DNA of 54,523 nucleotides, counting the filler, from Squatina squatina (Eukaryota): the NCBI GenBank assembly GCA_031763465.1. It is 3 parts of 3 records of this genome, joined end to end, with 100 filler letters (N's around TTAATTAATTAA, not from the genome) between each part and the next. Parts side by side here need not be neighbours in the genome. Positions count along the whole stretch, not along the records: positions 24,015 to 39,342 come from JARFOE010000234.1; 2 more parts are not named here. One strand, 5' to 3'. A model generated the notes under the pieces. It searched no databases and was not told where the DNA came from. It worked only from the letters and a program-made list of their open reading frames with translations. A program made the position numbers and the translations under genes. Positions 25,631 through 36,266 of this stretch are shown here, one piece after another (position 1 is the first letter of the stretch; each line of letters starts with the position of its first letter).

Positions 25631-27258
25631 ATTGTATTTCTGATCAGTAACTTAAAAAATTGGGTAGTAGACACAGTCCTTGGGCCATACGAACTAAATA
25701 CATATATTCACTCGGTGTGCGCGTGTGAACTTTAAGCTCATTGTGCGTTGGTTGGTGAAACGGGGAGATGAGAAGCAGAGTGTGTGAGTGTTTTTTGATC
25801 ATTGTGTATGCTTTACGCCCTTGGTTACTGAATGGCGTCAGATGCTTGTAAATATGCACGTATGAAGTACACTTATCTGGATTGTGTGAGTGTGTGTAAG
25901 GCGTTTTCCACTAAAAATGAGTGCATGCAGCCAGAACGGTGTTGTTCTAATCACACCTGTGGATGGTAAGCAATTTCTATTGGACAACAGCTTGAACCTT
26001 TAACACAGGAAAACATCCTAAGGTACTTCTCAGAAGCCATCTGTTTTCAGATGTTGCACATCTGGGTTCGGATGATTGTGCCACGTTTTTGTGGTACATA
26101 AGAACTTGCATTTCTATAGCACCTTTCACCACCTCAGGACGTCCCAAAACGCTTCACAGCCTATGAAGTGTAGATACTGTTGTTATGTGAGGACAACAGT
26201 GGAATAGCAGACAGCACTAAAATCAGACGGAGGCAGTAAAATCAGAGGGAAAGTTCGATCAGCCAACGTCGTGTCTGGTAAATTGCCCCCGTCAGATTCC
26301 CCCATATTACACAAAACTGATTTTCTATCTGTTCTCTCAATTCTATTTCCTGGCAGTTTCAAGGAGTTAATCACTGAATGCGCAGTCCTTTTACAGCAAT
26401 CCCTCTTTCTCTCTCCCTCCGTCTCCCCTCGCCCCACCACGACAGCAAACACAGCTCCTTTTTTTCCCCTTGCACTATTTTCCAGTCATTCCTGCCAGCT
26501 TTTTTTTTTAAATGGAGGAGGCGTGGCGGAGGGAACAAAGATCGGCTGCTGACTGTAGACCAGCAGGGAACTGCCGTGCCAAACCTGGCTGGAAATGCAT
26601 CAAGCCACAAAATGGAAGCATTTCGGCCAGGGGATGGGCACGATTCTAATCCAAGGCTCCAGACTCGGAGCACTGCCAGAGGAACAAGCACATGGCTTTG
26701 CACATTTCCCCGGCTCTGCCATGCAATGAAACCATTTTCAGCTGACTGTGCAAATGAGTAATGCGTATTAATAATGCGTAACAAAGAAAAATGCAGTCCT
26801 TCCACTCGATGGGATGGCTGTTTTTAAAATATACAGAATATAATGGATAAAAATAGTAAAGGCTCCATTTGCGGCGGGGCCAATACCTACAGGAAGAGTC
26901 GGCGTTGAACATGTCTGGCGCAGGGACGCGTTTCAAGAAGCAAATATCAAGACGGAAGATCCAAGCAAAGGAAAAAAAGACCCCTTGTTTTTGAAGACGC
27001 CTTTTTCTGAGTCACAGAAGCCTCCAGATCTCTCGCACAGGCACAGAGCTGGGGCTGTCTCTCATCTGAATGGCGATGGAAAGGAAACTGAGCGAGATAG
27101 GGCAGAGACTCGGAGAGACAGCAAAACAACAGCAAGGGTTGTGTCTCAATGGTTGAGGCTGCCGTCTCTCCCAACCCAGCCTGCCTTCTGTGGGCTGCTG
27201 TGCGAATTGCACTTGCTGGGGACAGAGAGTGACTGTGAGTTTCTTCCTGTGATTTCAG

Positions 27259-27337
27259 CTATAACAGAAGCCATTGAAATCCCACAGTTTATTGGCCGCA
27301 GTTACCTCATCTACGACCATCCAAACTTCCTCAAGCG
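27259..27337 (+). CDS. EGFLAM: Pikachurin exon at the start of the last laminin-G domain
   Basis: atttcag|CT. Encodes [27 protein letters not shown], then |gtaagt; recalled human [27 protein letters not shown]. Confidence 0.92.
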
Positions 27338-27759
27338 GTAAGTGTCCTCACGCTCACATCCTACGTCACCAAAAGCCTCTGTGACCACTCGCGTTCTGTG
27401 GCAGCNNNNNNNNNNNNNNNNNNNNNNNNNNNNNNNNNNNNNNNNNNNNNNNNNNNNNNNNNNNNNNNNNNNNNNNNNNNNNNNNNNNNNNNNNNNNNNN
27501 NNNNNATCAGCTAGTGTCACTACACCAATTGCCGCCTGGCGCTCCATGCTGGCAGATGTGGACACAGGACAAAGAGCAGCACTGGGCTTGAGTGTGGTGC
27601 TTCCCCACAAGGTTGAATAACCTGCTGACACTCACATTAGAAAAATGGGTAAGCTATCAAAGGGCGAATGCTACATGCAGAATTACAGCATTACTCAAAG
27701 ACTTCAGGAGAAAACATGAAATAAATGCCACTCCTGTGAAAGACTTGATTGATTTGGAG

Positions 27760-28115
27760 CCTTTCGCTTCACCCTGACATCCCAAAGTACCTCACAGTCA
27801 ATTAAACCCTTTTGAAGTGAAATCCCTGTTATGTAGGCAAACACAGCAGCCCATTTGTGCACAGCGAGCTCCCACAAACAGCAATGAAATAAATGACCAG
27901 ATCACCTGTTTTTGTGGTGTTGATTGAGGGAGGAATATTGGCTAGGACACCAGCAGAATTCTCTGCTCCATTTCAAAAATGTGCCATAGGATCTTTTACG
28001 TCCACCTGAGAGGGCAGACGGGGGCCTCGATTTAACATCTCACCCGAAAGACAGCACCTCCCTCAGCACTGCACGGAAGTCTCAGCCGAGATTACGTGCT
28101 CAAGTCCTGGAGTGG
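27760..28115 (-). mobile_element. DeuSINE
   Basis: gctcccacaaacagcaatg Deu core (rc) and body motifs. Confidence 0.82.
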
Positions 28116-28550
28116 AGGGGAGAAAATTGGGGGGCAGAGAGTTGAGTTAGATTGGCTTGGGAGGTGAAAAGACCCATTTCTTATTCTATGTTCACACTCC
28201 TACCTCGTTNNNNNNNNNNAAATGGCCAAGAAATTTCCTAACAAATCACAGTCTCCTGTGTGTCGAATATTAAATTGCAGTTATCTCCCTGTGGAACATT
28301 ATGATTTACTGCTCTGACTGTACTTGCGTTGTTCTCATTCCCAGTTGCACAAAGGCCATGTACACTCTGGAGAGGAAAGTGTACGATATTATTGATTCAT
28401 ACCAAATTTAAAGCAGTTTAACTATGAAAATCCCCCCAAAAAATGTACACNNNNNNNNNNNNNNNNNNNNNNNNNNNNNNNNNNNNNNNNNNNNNNNNNN
28501 NNNNNNNNNNNNNNNNNNNNNNNNNNNNNNNNNNNNNNNNNNNNNNNNNN

Positions 28551-28748
28551 AGGGACGGATGGGCGAGGACAGCCTCTCTGAATCCTGACAGTGACACCTG
28601 CTCTCTGATCTCTGACCAGAACCAGATCGGGCAAGGCAGAGTGAACAAGAACCATGACAAGGCGGTAGAAGCTGAGAATGACAAACTGGGCAGCAGTAAA
28701 CAATCTGATTGGAATGTAAACTGCTGTCTGCTTTTCACAAAGCTTTGA
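28551..28748 (+). CDS. Candidate terminal coding exon of an unidentified gene (5' end in gap)
   Basis: Open from the contig start: RDGWARTASLNPDSDTCSLISDQNQ...SDWNVNCCLLFTKL*. Followed by AT-richer UTR-like sequence. Confidence 0.4.
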   Translation, partial: RDGWARTASLNPDSDTCSLISDQNQIGQGRVNKNHDKAVEAENDKLGSSKQSDWNVNCCLLFTKL

Positions 28749-29889
28749 AAACCCCTGTTTGAATGTCAGCTTTAAGGTTCACTGCAACCCCTCTTTTCCA
28801 CCTTGAGGGCTGATCTGCTACCAACCAGTATTATGAGGCCGATCAGTATAAAGTTCCGGTTAGTCCTTGTCGCTGTTGCTTTTTTTCCACAATCCTTGTG
28901 GTTGCATCTGTGAGGATAGCAGCACAAACTACGCCGTAGGAGCTACTATCTGATGTAAAGCAAACACAACGGGAAGATAAGTAAAGCAGAGAAGCTAATC
29001 TGCATAATGTACAACAATTATGTATTCTTGATCAATCAACTTTTTTCCTACAATAACTTTGAGAATAAGAGAATTCTTCTACTTTTTGTCTTCCCCTGAA
29101 ACATTTTTTCCATTTCAATTAAAACAAGCAAGGACATTTTTTAAGAACCATTAGTACATAGCACCGGCGTTTTGCTGGAATTGAATACGAGTGCGATCTG
29201 TGGTTGGGGCCATTAATACTCAAGCTGCAATTCCACCTCGGAATTCCTATTCTACTCTCTGACTTGAGATGCGAACAACCAAAGTAATCCTTCAAAAACG
29301 TGAATCNNNNNNNNNNNNNNNNNNNNAAGACCAGGTGTGGATGGTTTGGAAACAGGCACCATATTTCATGATGGTTACCAGGGAAACCATTGACCCTAGT
29401 TTACCTGAATCCCCGTATGGTAAATGTTGACAAATTAGATTTCCTCACATGCCTGTAATGTACTGGAAGTATTCTGTGTGAAGATTTCAATAAACATTCT
29501 ATTTCTGAAAAGCACTGTTGGCTCAGTTTCGTTCGTTTGTGCAGAGATCCATTCATGGTCAAATCATGTGTAATATTGGTCAATTGATATTGGACAGATT
29601 GCTTTAAACCATTGAGGCTCCACACTGCATTTCAGTGAAATGAGATTTAAGGGTGATTTTGCTTTTCGCCTACATGAAAGTTTTGTAGTGCAAATCTTGA
29701 GAGAAATTTGACGCTTAAATTAACTTTAAAGTAAAATACTACTGTACGGTATGTGTGAATTCAGCATACTGAGTACGCTGGNNNNNNNNNNNNNNNNNNN
29801 NNNNNNNNNNNNNNNNNNNNNNNNNNNNNNNNNNNNNNNNNNNNNNNNNNNNNNNNNNNNNNNNNNNNNNNNNNNNNNNNNAGTAGAGC

Positions 29890-31116
29890 TTTGTATGAGC
29901 AGTAGTTTATGGAGGGTACAGGGTAGGAGGCTGCCCAGGAGCGCATTGGAATAGTCGAGTCTTGAGGTAACAAAATCATGGATAAGGGTGGAAACAGCCA
30001 GTCTTCATGTTGGAGTGGATATGAGGTCAGAAGCTCATCTCAGGGTCAAATATAAACTCCAGTTCCAGTGAAAAAGATGACTGTGAGACACTGACAAGTT
30101 TCTTTATGTCCCAATTATTACATCAGACAAGATTTTTTTCTACNNNNNNNNNNTACATACATAACCTTCAACTTCTCATTTTGAGCAGCCAGGAACATGA
30201 AAGTAATGACAGCAATCTGCACATGGGTTGAAAAGTTAACTGTCGGCTTAAGTTATGGAGGTGGAAGTTGGTGTGGTTCAGCCTCAGAAACTGGCCAGGA
30301 GGGGGAAGGAATGAGTGGCTAGGGAATGGAGTTTGTGACGGGGGCCAAAGACAATGGCTTCAGTCTTCACAATATTTAATTAGAGGAAATTTCTGCTCAT
30401 GTTGGATAAGCAGCATAACAAATCTGATGCAGTGGAGAGGTTGAGGGAGGTGGTGGTGAAGAAGAGCTGAGTGTCATCAGAGTACATGTGGAATCTGACG
30501 TTGTGTTTTCGGATGATGTCATCAAAGGGCGGCATGTAGATGAAAAATAGAAGGGGGGTCAAGGGTAGATCCTTGGGGGGCTCCAGAGGTAGCGGTACAG
30601 GGGTGGGAGTGGAAGCAGGAAGAGAAGACGTTGCAGGAGATTCTCCAACCAGAACCGGATAGATAAGAATCTGTTCCAGGCGAGAGCAGTACAACTCAGC
30701 TAGACAATGGAGGACAGGTGTTGGAGGAGGATAGTGTGATCAAAGGCTGCAGATGGGTTGAGAAGGATGAGGAGTGGTAGTGCATCAAATGCACAGTCAC
30801 ATAGGATATCATTTGCGACTTTGATAAAGGTCGTTTCAGTGCTGTGGCAGGGGCGGAAACCTGATTCGAGAGATTCAAACATGGAGCTGTGGGAGAGATG
30901 AGAATGTATTTGGGAGGTAACAACAAGTTCAAGGTCTTTGGAGAGGAAAGGGTGGTTGGAGCTGGGGCCATAGTTTTCAAGGACAGATGGGTCAAGGGTG
31001 AGGTTTCTGAGGAGGGGGCTAATGACGGAAGATTTGAAAGGGAGGGGAACAGTTCCAGAGGAGGGAAGGGATAACAATATCAGCTAGCATGGGGGCGAGA
31101 AAGGGCAGTTGGGTGG
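29890..31116 (-). mobile_element. L2-clade LINE reverse transcriptase fragments (decayed, interrupted)
   Basis: LDPSVLENYGPSSNHPFLSK, SGFRPCHSTETTFIKV, SAAFDHTILLQHL and PLLFFIYM...FHMYSDDTQLF (YADD motif as YSDD), with frameshifts. Confidence 0.9.
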
Positions 31117-32397
31117 NNNNNNNNNNNNNNNNNNNNNNNNNNNNNNNNNNNNNNNNNNNNNNNNNNNNNNNNNNNNNNNNNNNNNNNNNNNNNNNNNNNN
31201 NNNNNNNNNNNNNNNNGCCGAGGGAGACCTGACTGCGCATGGCGAGTGCCGACGGGGCCCTTACTGCACATGCGCGGTGCTGATGGAGAGCTGAGATGAC
31301 CAAAAACAACTCTAGATATCAACTCCACATGGTGAAAGATCCCCACATCTCTCTCACTTCACATTGCCTTTTTCCAAAAGGAGTCTGTCATTTATTTTAG
31401 TGAAGTAGAGAAATTAGAGAAAACATACAAAATCAGACAAATATTTATAAGTGTTCTGGGATCGCAGGAAAACCTCAGAATCTCATTGCATTGTGGATTT
31501 GATGCAGTGTTATATCACCAGCCTTGAGAACGAGATCGATCCATCTCTATGCGGTGATGCTCTTGTTTTGACTGTCACTGTTGCACATACGGCTCAACTT
31601 TCTCTCACTTGGAATCTCTTTTTTCATATTGCAGAGCTTGGCTGAGTTTCAACTGTACTAAAAAGAAGGAAGCTGAACTGAGTGCAAACCAACAAATTAT
31701 TATAGTCTGCAAAAAATGCATAAGGGAACACAATACAGTTTTCCAGTGAGGTAGCTGAGGCAAGGAAGATTCCGTTGATGTCAATAGTGTTGTGCATATT
31801 ATTTATTAACTCATCTTCAGAGCCACACATATGTTATACTGAAGTCAGAATATGAAATTGGTGCATGAATCTTTATAGATCCAAATCAAAAAGTAGATTA
31901 AAGTGAATTGGATTCAATCAGTTTCCACTGATTTTTCCCAGAGTTCTGACACAGTGAGTTAAAAACCAATTACAAAGGCAGAGAAAGGTATATATCACCG
32001 TGACTCATTTATTAGAAATATTGGATGACTAGCTCTTTGTAACATAATGAGAACTGATGTCAATTGTTATTTTTTTTCATGAAATATAAACTGGTTTTGG
32101 CTCAGACATTTCAAAATAAGTTCTTTTTTAATGCTTCATAATNNNNNNNNNNNNNNNNNNNNNNNNNNNNNNNNNNNNNNNNNNNNNNNNNNNNNNNNNN
32201 NNNNNNNNNNNNNNNNNNNNNNNNNNNNNNNNNNNNNNNNNNTATCAATCATAATATTTCATAATGGTTGCACCATTTTGTGTTTTTGGGGAATATTACT
32301 CTTAAATCATTGTACACAAAGTCTCTGTCACAGCACGGTTTCTTGTTTAAGTAGAGAAGCTTACGTCGGTGCCGTCTGTACTTCATGGCTGCTGAAG

Positions 32398-32929
32398 TCA
32401 GGGGACGACATTACCAAGTTGTTCAGGCATCAGGTATCCAGCCAGAGGAGATGGGCTCTTGCTGGGCAGCATATTTGGGTTTAACAGGAGGCTCTGCTGT
32501 GAGTCCACCATGTGTACCGAGGTATAGTCTGGGGCGGGTATTGCCGGCTTACTTGTATTTTCTGTTTCTTTACAAGAACCAACCATGGCACTTGCAAGGC
32601 TTTCTGTGGTGAAATAGCTGCTCAGATTAAGGTTTTTCTCCACATCCGATATGCTCGCTTTGCTTGAGCTGATGGCACAGAACTGCTTTGCGTCGACCTC
32701 AGACGTGTAGGCGCTGTCTGACGGTTTGGTTTTCTGATTGGCCTTTGGGTCAACTGAGGTCTCTTTGGCCAGGGGTAGCTCCAACTTGTTGTGCTGCCCT
32801 GGGGAAAGGAGGACACCCCCTGTAGGGGTGATGTCGCTTACTTGCGCATAGAAGTCCATCTTCACGAAGGAGCTCTGGTTGCTGAGCTGACGGTGCAGAG
32901 GTGGGTGACTGAGCCCAGTGTTGGTGACT
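32398..32929 (-). CDS. GHR: Growth hormone receptor last exon, cytoplasmic tail (5' part in gap)
   Basis: MDFYAQVSDITP, SAYTSEVDAK, SYFTTESL, PAPDYTSVH and GYLMPEQLGNVVP* are GHR-typical motifs. Confidence 0.93.
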
Positions 32930-33124
32930 NNNNNNNNNNNNNNNNNNNNNNNNNNNNNNNNNNNNNNNNNNNNNNNNNNNNNNNNNNNNNNNNNNNNNNN
33001 NNNNNNNNNNNNNNNNNNNNNNNNNNNNNCCGTGGTGGGATTTGAGCTGGTGTCTCTGGGTCAATAGTCCAGGCCTATTGCCTCATTACTCTTTCAAAGA
33101 AGGAGAAGGAGAAGTTTCTGTTAC

Positions 33125-33294
33125 CGATGTTGTCGATGGAGAAGCAGCGTTTGTCGAATGTGATGTTCTGATCCTGAAAGTCAGATTTCAGCTGCACACA
33201 GTATGAAATCCAGATGGAGGTGTAGGTCTGGTTGAAATAGCAGGAGTTTTCGCTGTGCACGTATTTGGGACATTCTTTCCAGTTGCCATTATTT
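33125..33294 (-). CDS. GHR: Growth hormone receptor extracellular-domain exon
   Basis: cttcag|A. Encodes [37 protein letters not shown]...[11 protein letters not shown], then G|gtaac; 170 nt with the conserved Cys pattern. Confidence 0.92.
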
Positions 33295-33369
33295 CTGAAG
33301 AGACATTAATCTGTTAGTGTCTTTGATAAACAGGGGTCATTACACAGGATTACACAGGATATACGGTAC

Positions 33370-33530
33370 CATCCTTGTAAATCTTCTCTGCATCCTCTCC
33401 AGTGCCTCTATATCCTTTTTATAATATGGCGACTAGAACTGTACCCAGTACTCCAAGTGTGGTCTGACCAAGGTTTGATACAGGTTTAGCATAACTTCCC
33501 TACTTTTCAATCCAATCCCTTTAGAAATGT
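33370..33530 (-). mobile_element. CR1 RT fragment
   Basis: KSREVMLNLYQTLVRPHLEYWVQF. Confidence 0.85.
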
Positions 33531-33649
33531 GGTCATTCCAAAANNNNNNNNNNNNNNNNNNNNNNNNNNNNNNNNNNNNNNNNNNNNNNNNNNNNNNNNN
33601 NNNNNNNNNNNNNNNNNNNNNNNNNNNNNNNNNNNNNNNNNNNAGAATA

Positions 33650-34230
33650 TCATGCAAAGAGATCATGCTAGAACTTTATGAATCAGTGATTCAGCCTTAA
33701 CTGGAGTATTGTGGACAATTCTGGGCACCACATTTCAGGAATGATGTAAAGACCTTCGAAAGAGGAGTTCTCTCAGGGTTTTACCAGGGATGAGGGACTT
33801 TAGTTATGAGGAGCGGTTGGAAAGGTTAAGACTGTTCTGCTTAGAACAGAGAAAGTTAAGAGGTGACCACATAGAGGTTTTCAAGATGATGAAAGGTTTT
33901 GATAGAGTAGATCGAGAAAAACAATTCCTTCTGCAAGTGGGTCAATAACTAGATGTCATAGATTCAAAATCATTGGCAAATGATCTAGAGGGAAGATCAG
34001 GAGAATTCTTTCACTCCGAGAGTTGTTGGAATCTGGAACGCTTTGCTTGAAAAAGGTGGTGGAAGCTGATTCCATAAATAATTTTTAAAAAGGAATTGGA
34101 CAGGTATTTAAGGATGAAGAACTTACAGGGTTATGGACAAGATGCAGGACTGAGCATGACTGCTCTCTCAAAGCGCAAGCACAGGCATGACTGGCCGAAT
34201 GGCCTCTTTCTGTGCTGTAAGTTTCTATTC
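33650..34230 (+). mobile_element. CR1 LINE 3' portion (decayed RT C-terminus plus tail)
   Basis: LEYCGQFWAPHFRNDV, SYEERLERLRLF and LRGDHIEVFKMMKGFDRVD motifs, then a ggccgaatggcctctttctgtgctgta tail. Confidence 0.88.
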
Positions 34231-34399
34231 AGCCCAAGCGCGAATGGGTTGAGAGCCAGCATTTCTCATGCCAGCTCATGACCCCCTCCCAACCTGCCAC
34301 AGTATTCACCATTCTGCGTGACGTTTTCACTGGCATCAGGAGGGAAGGGCCTCCGGTCATCTTGACGACGCTCCATTGGGCCACCAGCGACCGGGCCTA

Positions 34400-34720
34400 T
34401 TGTGCCTGTGCCAGCTCTGGTAGAGCTATCCAATTAATCCCACACCCCTGTTCTTTCCCCAGAGCCCTCCAAACTTCTCTTTTGAATCTTAAATCTTCCT
34501 TTTGAATCTGCTTCCATCACTCTTTCAGACAGTGCAGTGCATATCACAACAACTCGCTGTGTAAAAATGATGTTTCCTCATGTTGCCTCTTTTTTTGACA
34601 ATCACCTTAAATCTGTGTCCTCTGGTTACCAACATTTCTGTCACTGGAAACAGTTTCAATTTATTTACTCAATCCATTCACGATTTTGAACACCTCTATC
34701 AAATCTCTTAACCTTCTCTG
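34400..34720 (-). mobile_element. CR1 3' fragment
   Basis: KVKRFDRGVQNRE motif and inverted tail motifs. Confidence 0.65.
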
Positions 34721-34820
34721 NNNNNNNNNNNNNNNNNNNNNNNNNNNNNNNNNNNNNNNNNNNNNNNNNNNNNNNNNNNNNNNNNNNNNNNNNNNNNNNN
34801 NNNNNNNNNNNNNNNNNNNN

Positions 34821-35342
34821 ACGAATCTCCACCAAGCCCCGGGACCCCGACAACGAGCTGTACTTCGCCCACGGGCTCTTCAGTGCCACGGTCAAAGAAG
34901 GTCTGGAGGAGATCAACACCTTCCTCGTGGAGCAGCCCAAGGAGGCCATCTTCCTGGACTTCAACCACTTTTACGGCATGCAGAAGTCCCACCACGAGAA
35001 GCTGATCCGAATGCTGAGGGAATGTTTCGGGAATAGGCTGTGTCCCGTGATCTTCGCCCAGGAAGTGAGTCTGCAGTATCTCTGGGAGAAGGGCTACCAA
35101 ATCTTGGTCTTCTATCACAACCCAGTGGCGCTGGAGGTCCCCTTCCTTTGGCCCGGGCAAATGATGCCATCTCCCTGCCCAAACACCACTGACCCCGAGA
35201 AACTGATCCAGTTCGTCCAGGCTTCGATCGCTGACCGGCGCAGCAAGGGGACGTTCTTCGTATCCCAGCTGGTCCTGACCCCCAAAGCCAGTACAGTGAT
35301 GAAAGGTGTCGCAAGTGGGCTGAGGGAGACGATTACTGAACG
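34821..35342 (+). CDS. PLCXD3: PI-PLC X domain-containing protein 3, large exon (5' part in gap)
   Basis: RISTKPRDPDNELYFAHGLFSA...FLDFNHFYGMQK...LTPKASTVMKGVASGLRETITER, then donor CG|gtaagg. Confidence 0.95.
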
Positions 35343-35675
35343 GTAAGGCCAGGAGGAGCGAATGGTCAATCGGGGGTTAACCCACCCGCTCCACCTACTG
35401 CTGGGAGGGAGGGATATGGTTTGGGCAGGGAGAGGGGTCAAAATATTCCAATCTCGTGCTCTTGGTGAGTAAGGGTCTCCGCTGTGAGTGCAAAGTCAAG
35501 ACAATATCACACCCCACCCCACCCTGGTGAAAATACACAGAAAACCTCCAAAGCTAATCTTCGCACGTCATGAGTNNNNNNNNNNNNNNNNNNNNNNNNN
35601 NNNNNNNNNNNNNNNNNNNNNNNNNNNNNNNNNNNNNNNNNNNNNNNNNNNNNNNNNNNNNNNNNNNNNNNNNNN

Positions 35676-36266
35676 ACGGCTGAGGTGGCGATGAGCAGGA
35701 TGACCATCTGGATCTCAGCCCCCGCCATGCGGCGGAAGCTCCTGCGTCGGCGCAGCTCGCGGAGTCGGGGGTCATTGCCCAGCGAGGTCCGGCGGATGAA
35801 CTGCCGGTGCATGCGGATCAGAGCCCCGCACACCAGCACGTTGCAGATGACGGTGACGAGGATGAGGAAGGAGCTGAAGCCCGCATACATGTAGGAGTAG
35901 ACGGCATGCCGAGGGTCCTGTGTCCGCCAGTCGATGAAGCACCAGGTCTCGGGGAACTGCTTGACCGTCTTGCCCAGCCCGAAGTTGGGCAGGGCGCAGA
36001 AGAGGGTGTTGGCCACGTAGATGGTAAAGAGGGTCAGGCCGGCCAGCTTCTTGTCCACGTAGTGGTTGTAAAAGTAGGCGTGGTTGATGGCCAGGTACCT
36101 CTCGATGGACATGGCACAGATGATGCTGAGGCCCGAGGTCCCGAAGAAGAGGAGGACGAAGGAATCGTACTCGCACAGCGCGCTGTCCCCTGGCCACTTG
36201 CCCTTCACGTAGGTGACAATGGTGATGGGGCTGACCAGGCAGGTGCCCAGCAGGTCTGTCACCGCC
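35676..36266 (-). CDS. PTGER4: Prostaglandin E2 receptor EP4, TM2-TM6 (both ends in gaps)
   Basis: TDLLGTCLVSP, AMSIERYLAINHAYFYNHYVDK, TWCFIDW and RRRRSFRRMAGAEIQMVILLIATS. Confidence 0.96.

Noticed and set aside
28750-32140. SELENOP exons or SECIS elements expected near GHR
   Set aside because: No Sec-rich frame or convincing SECIS stem was found by eye.
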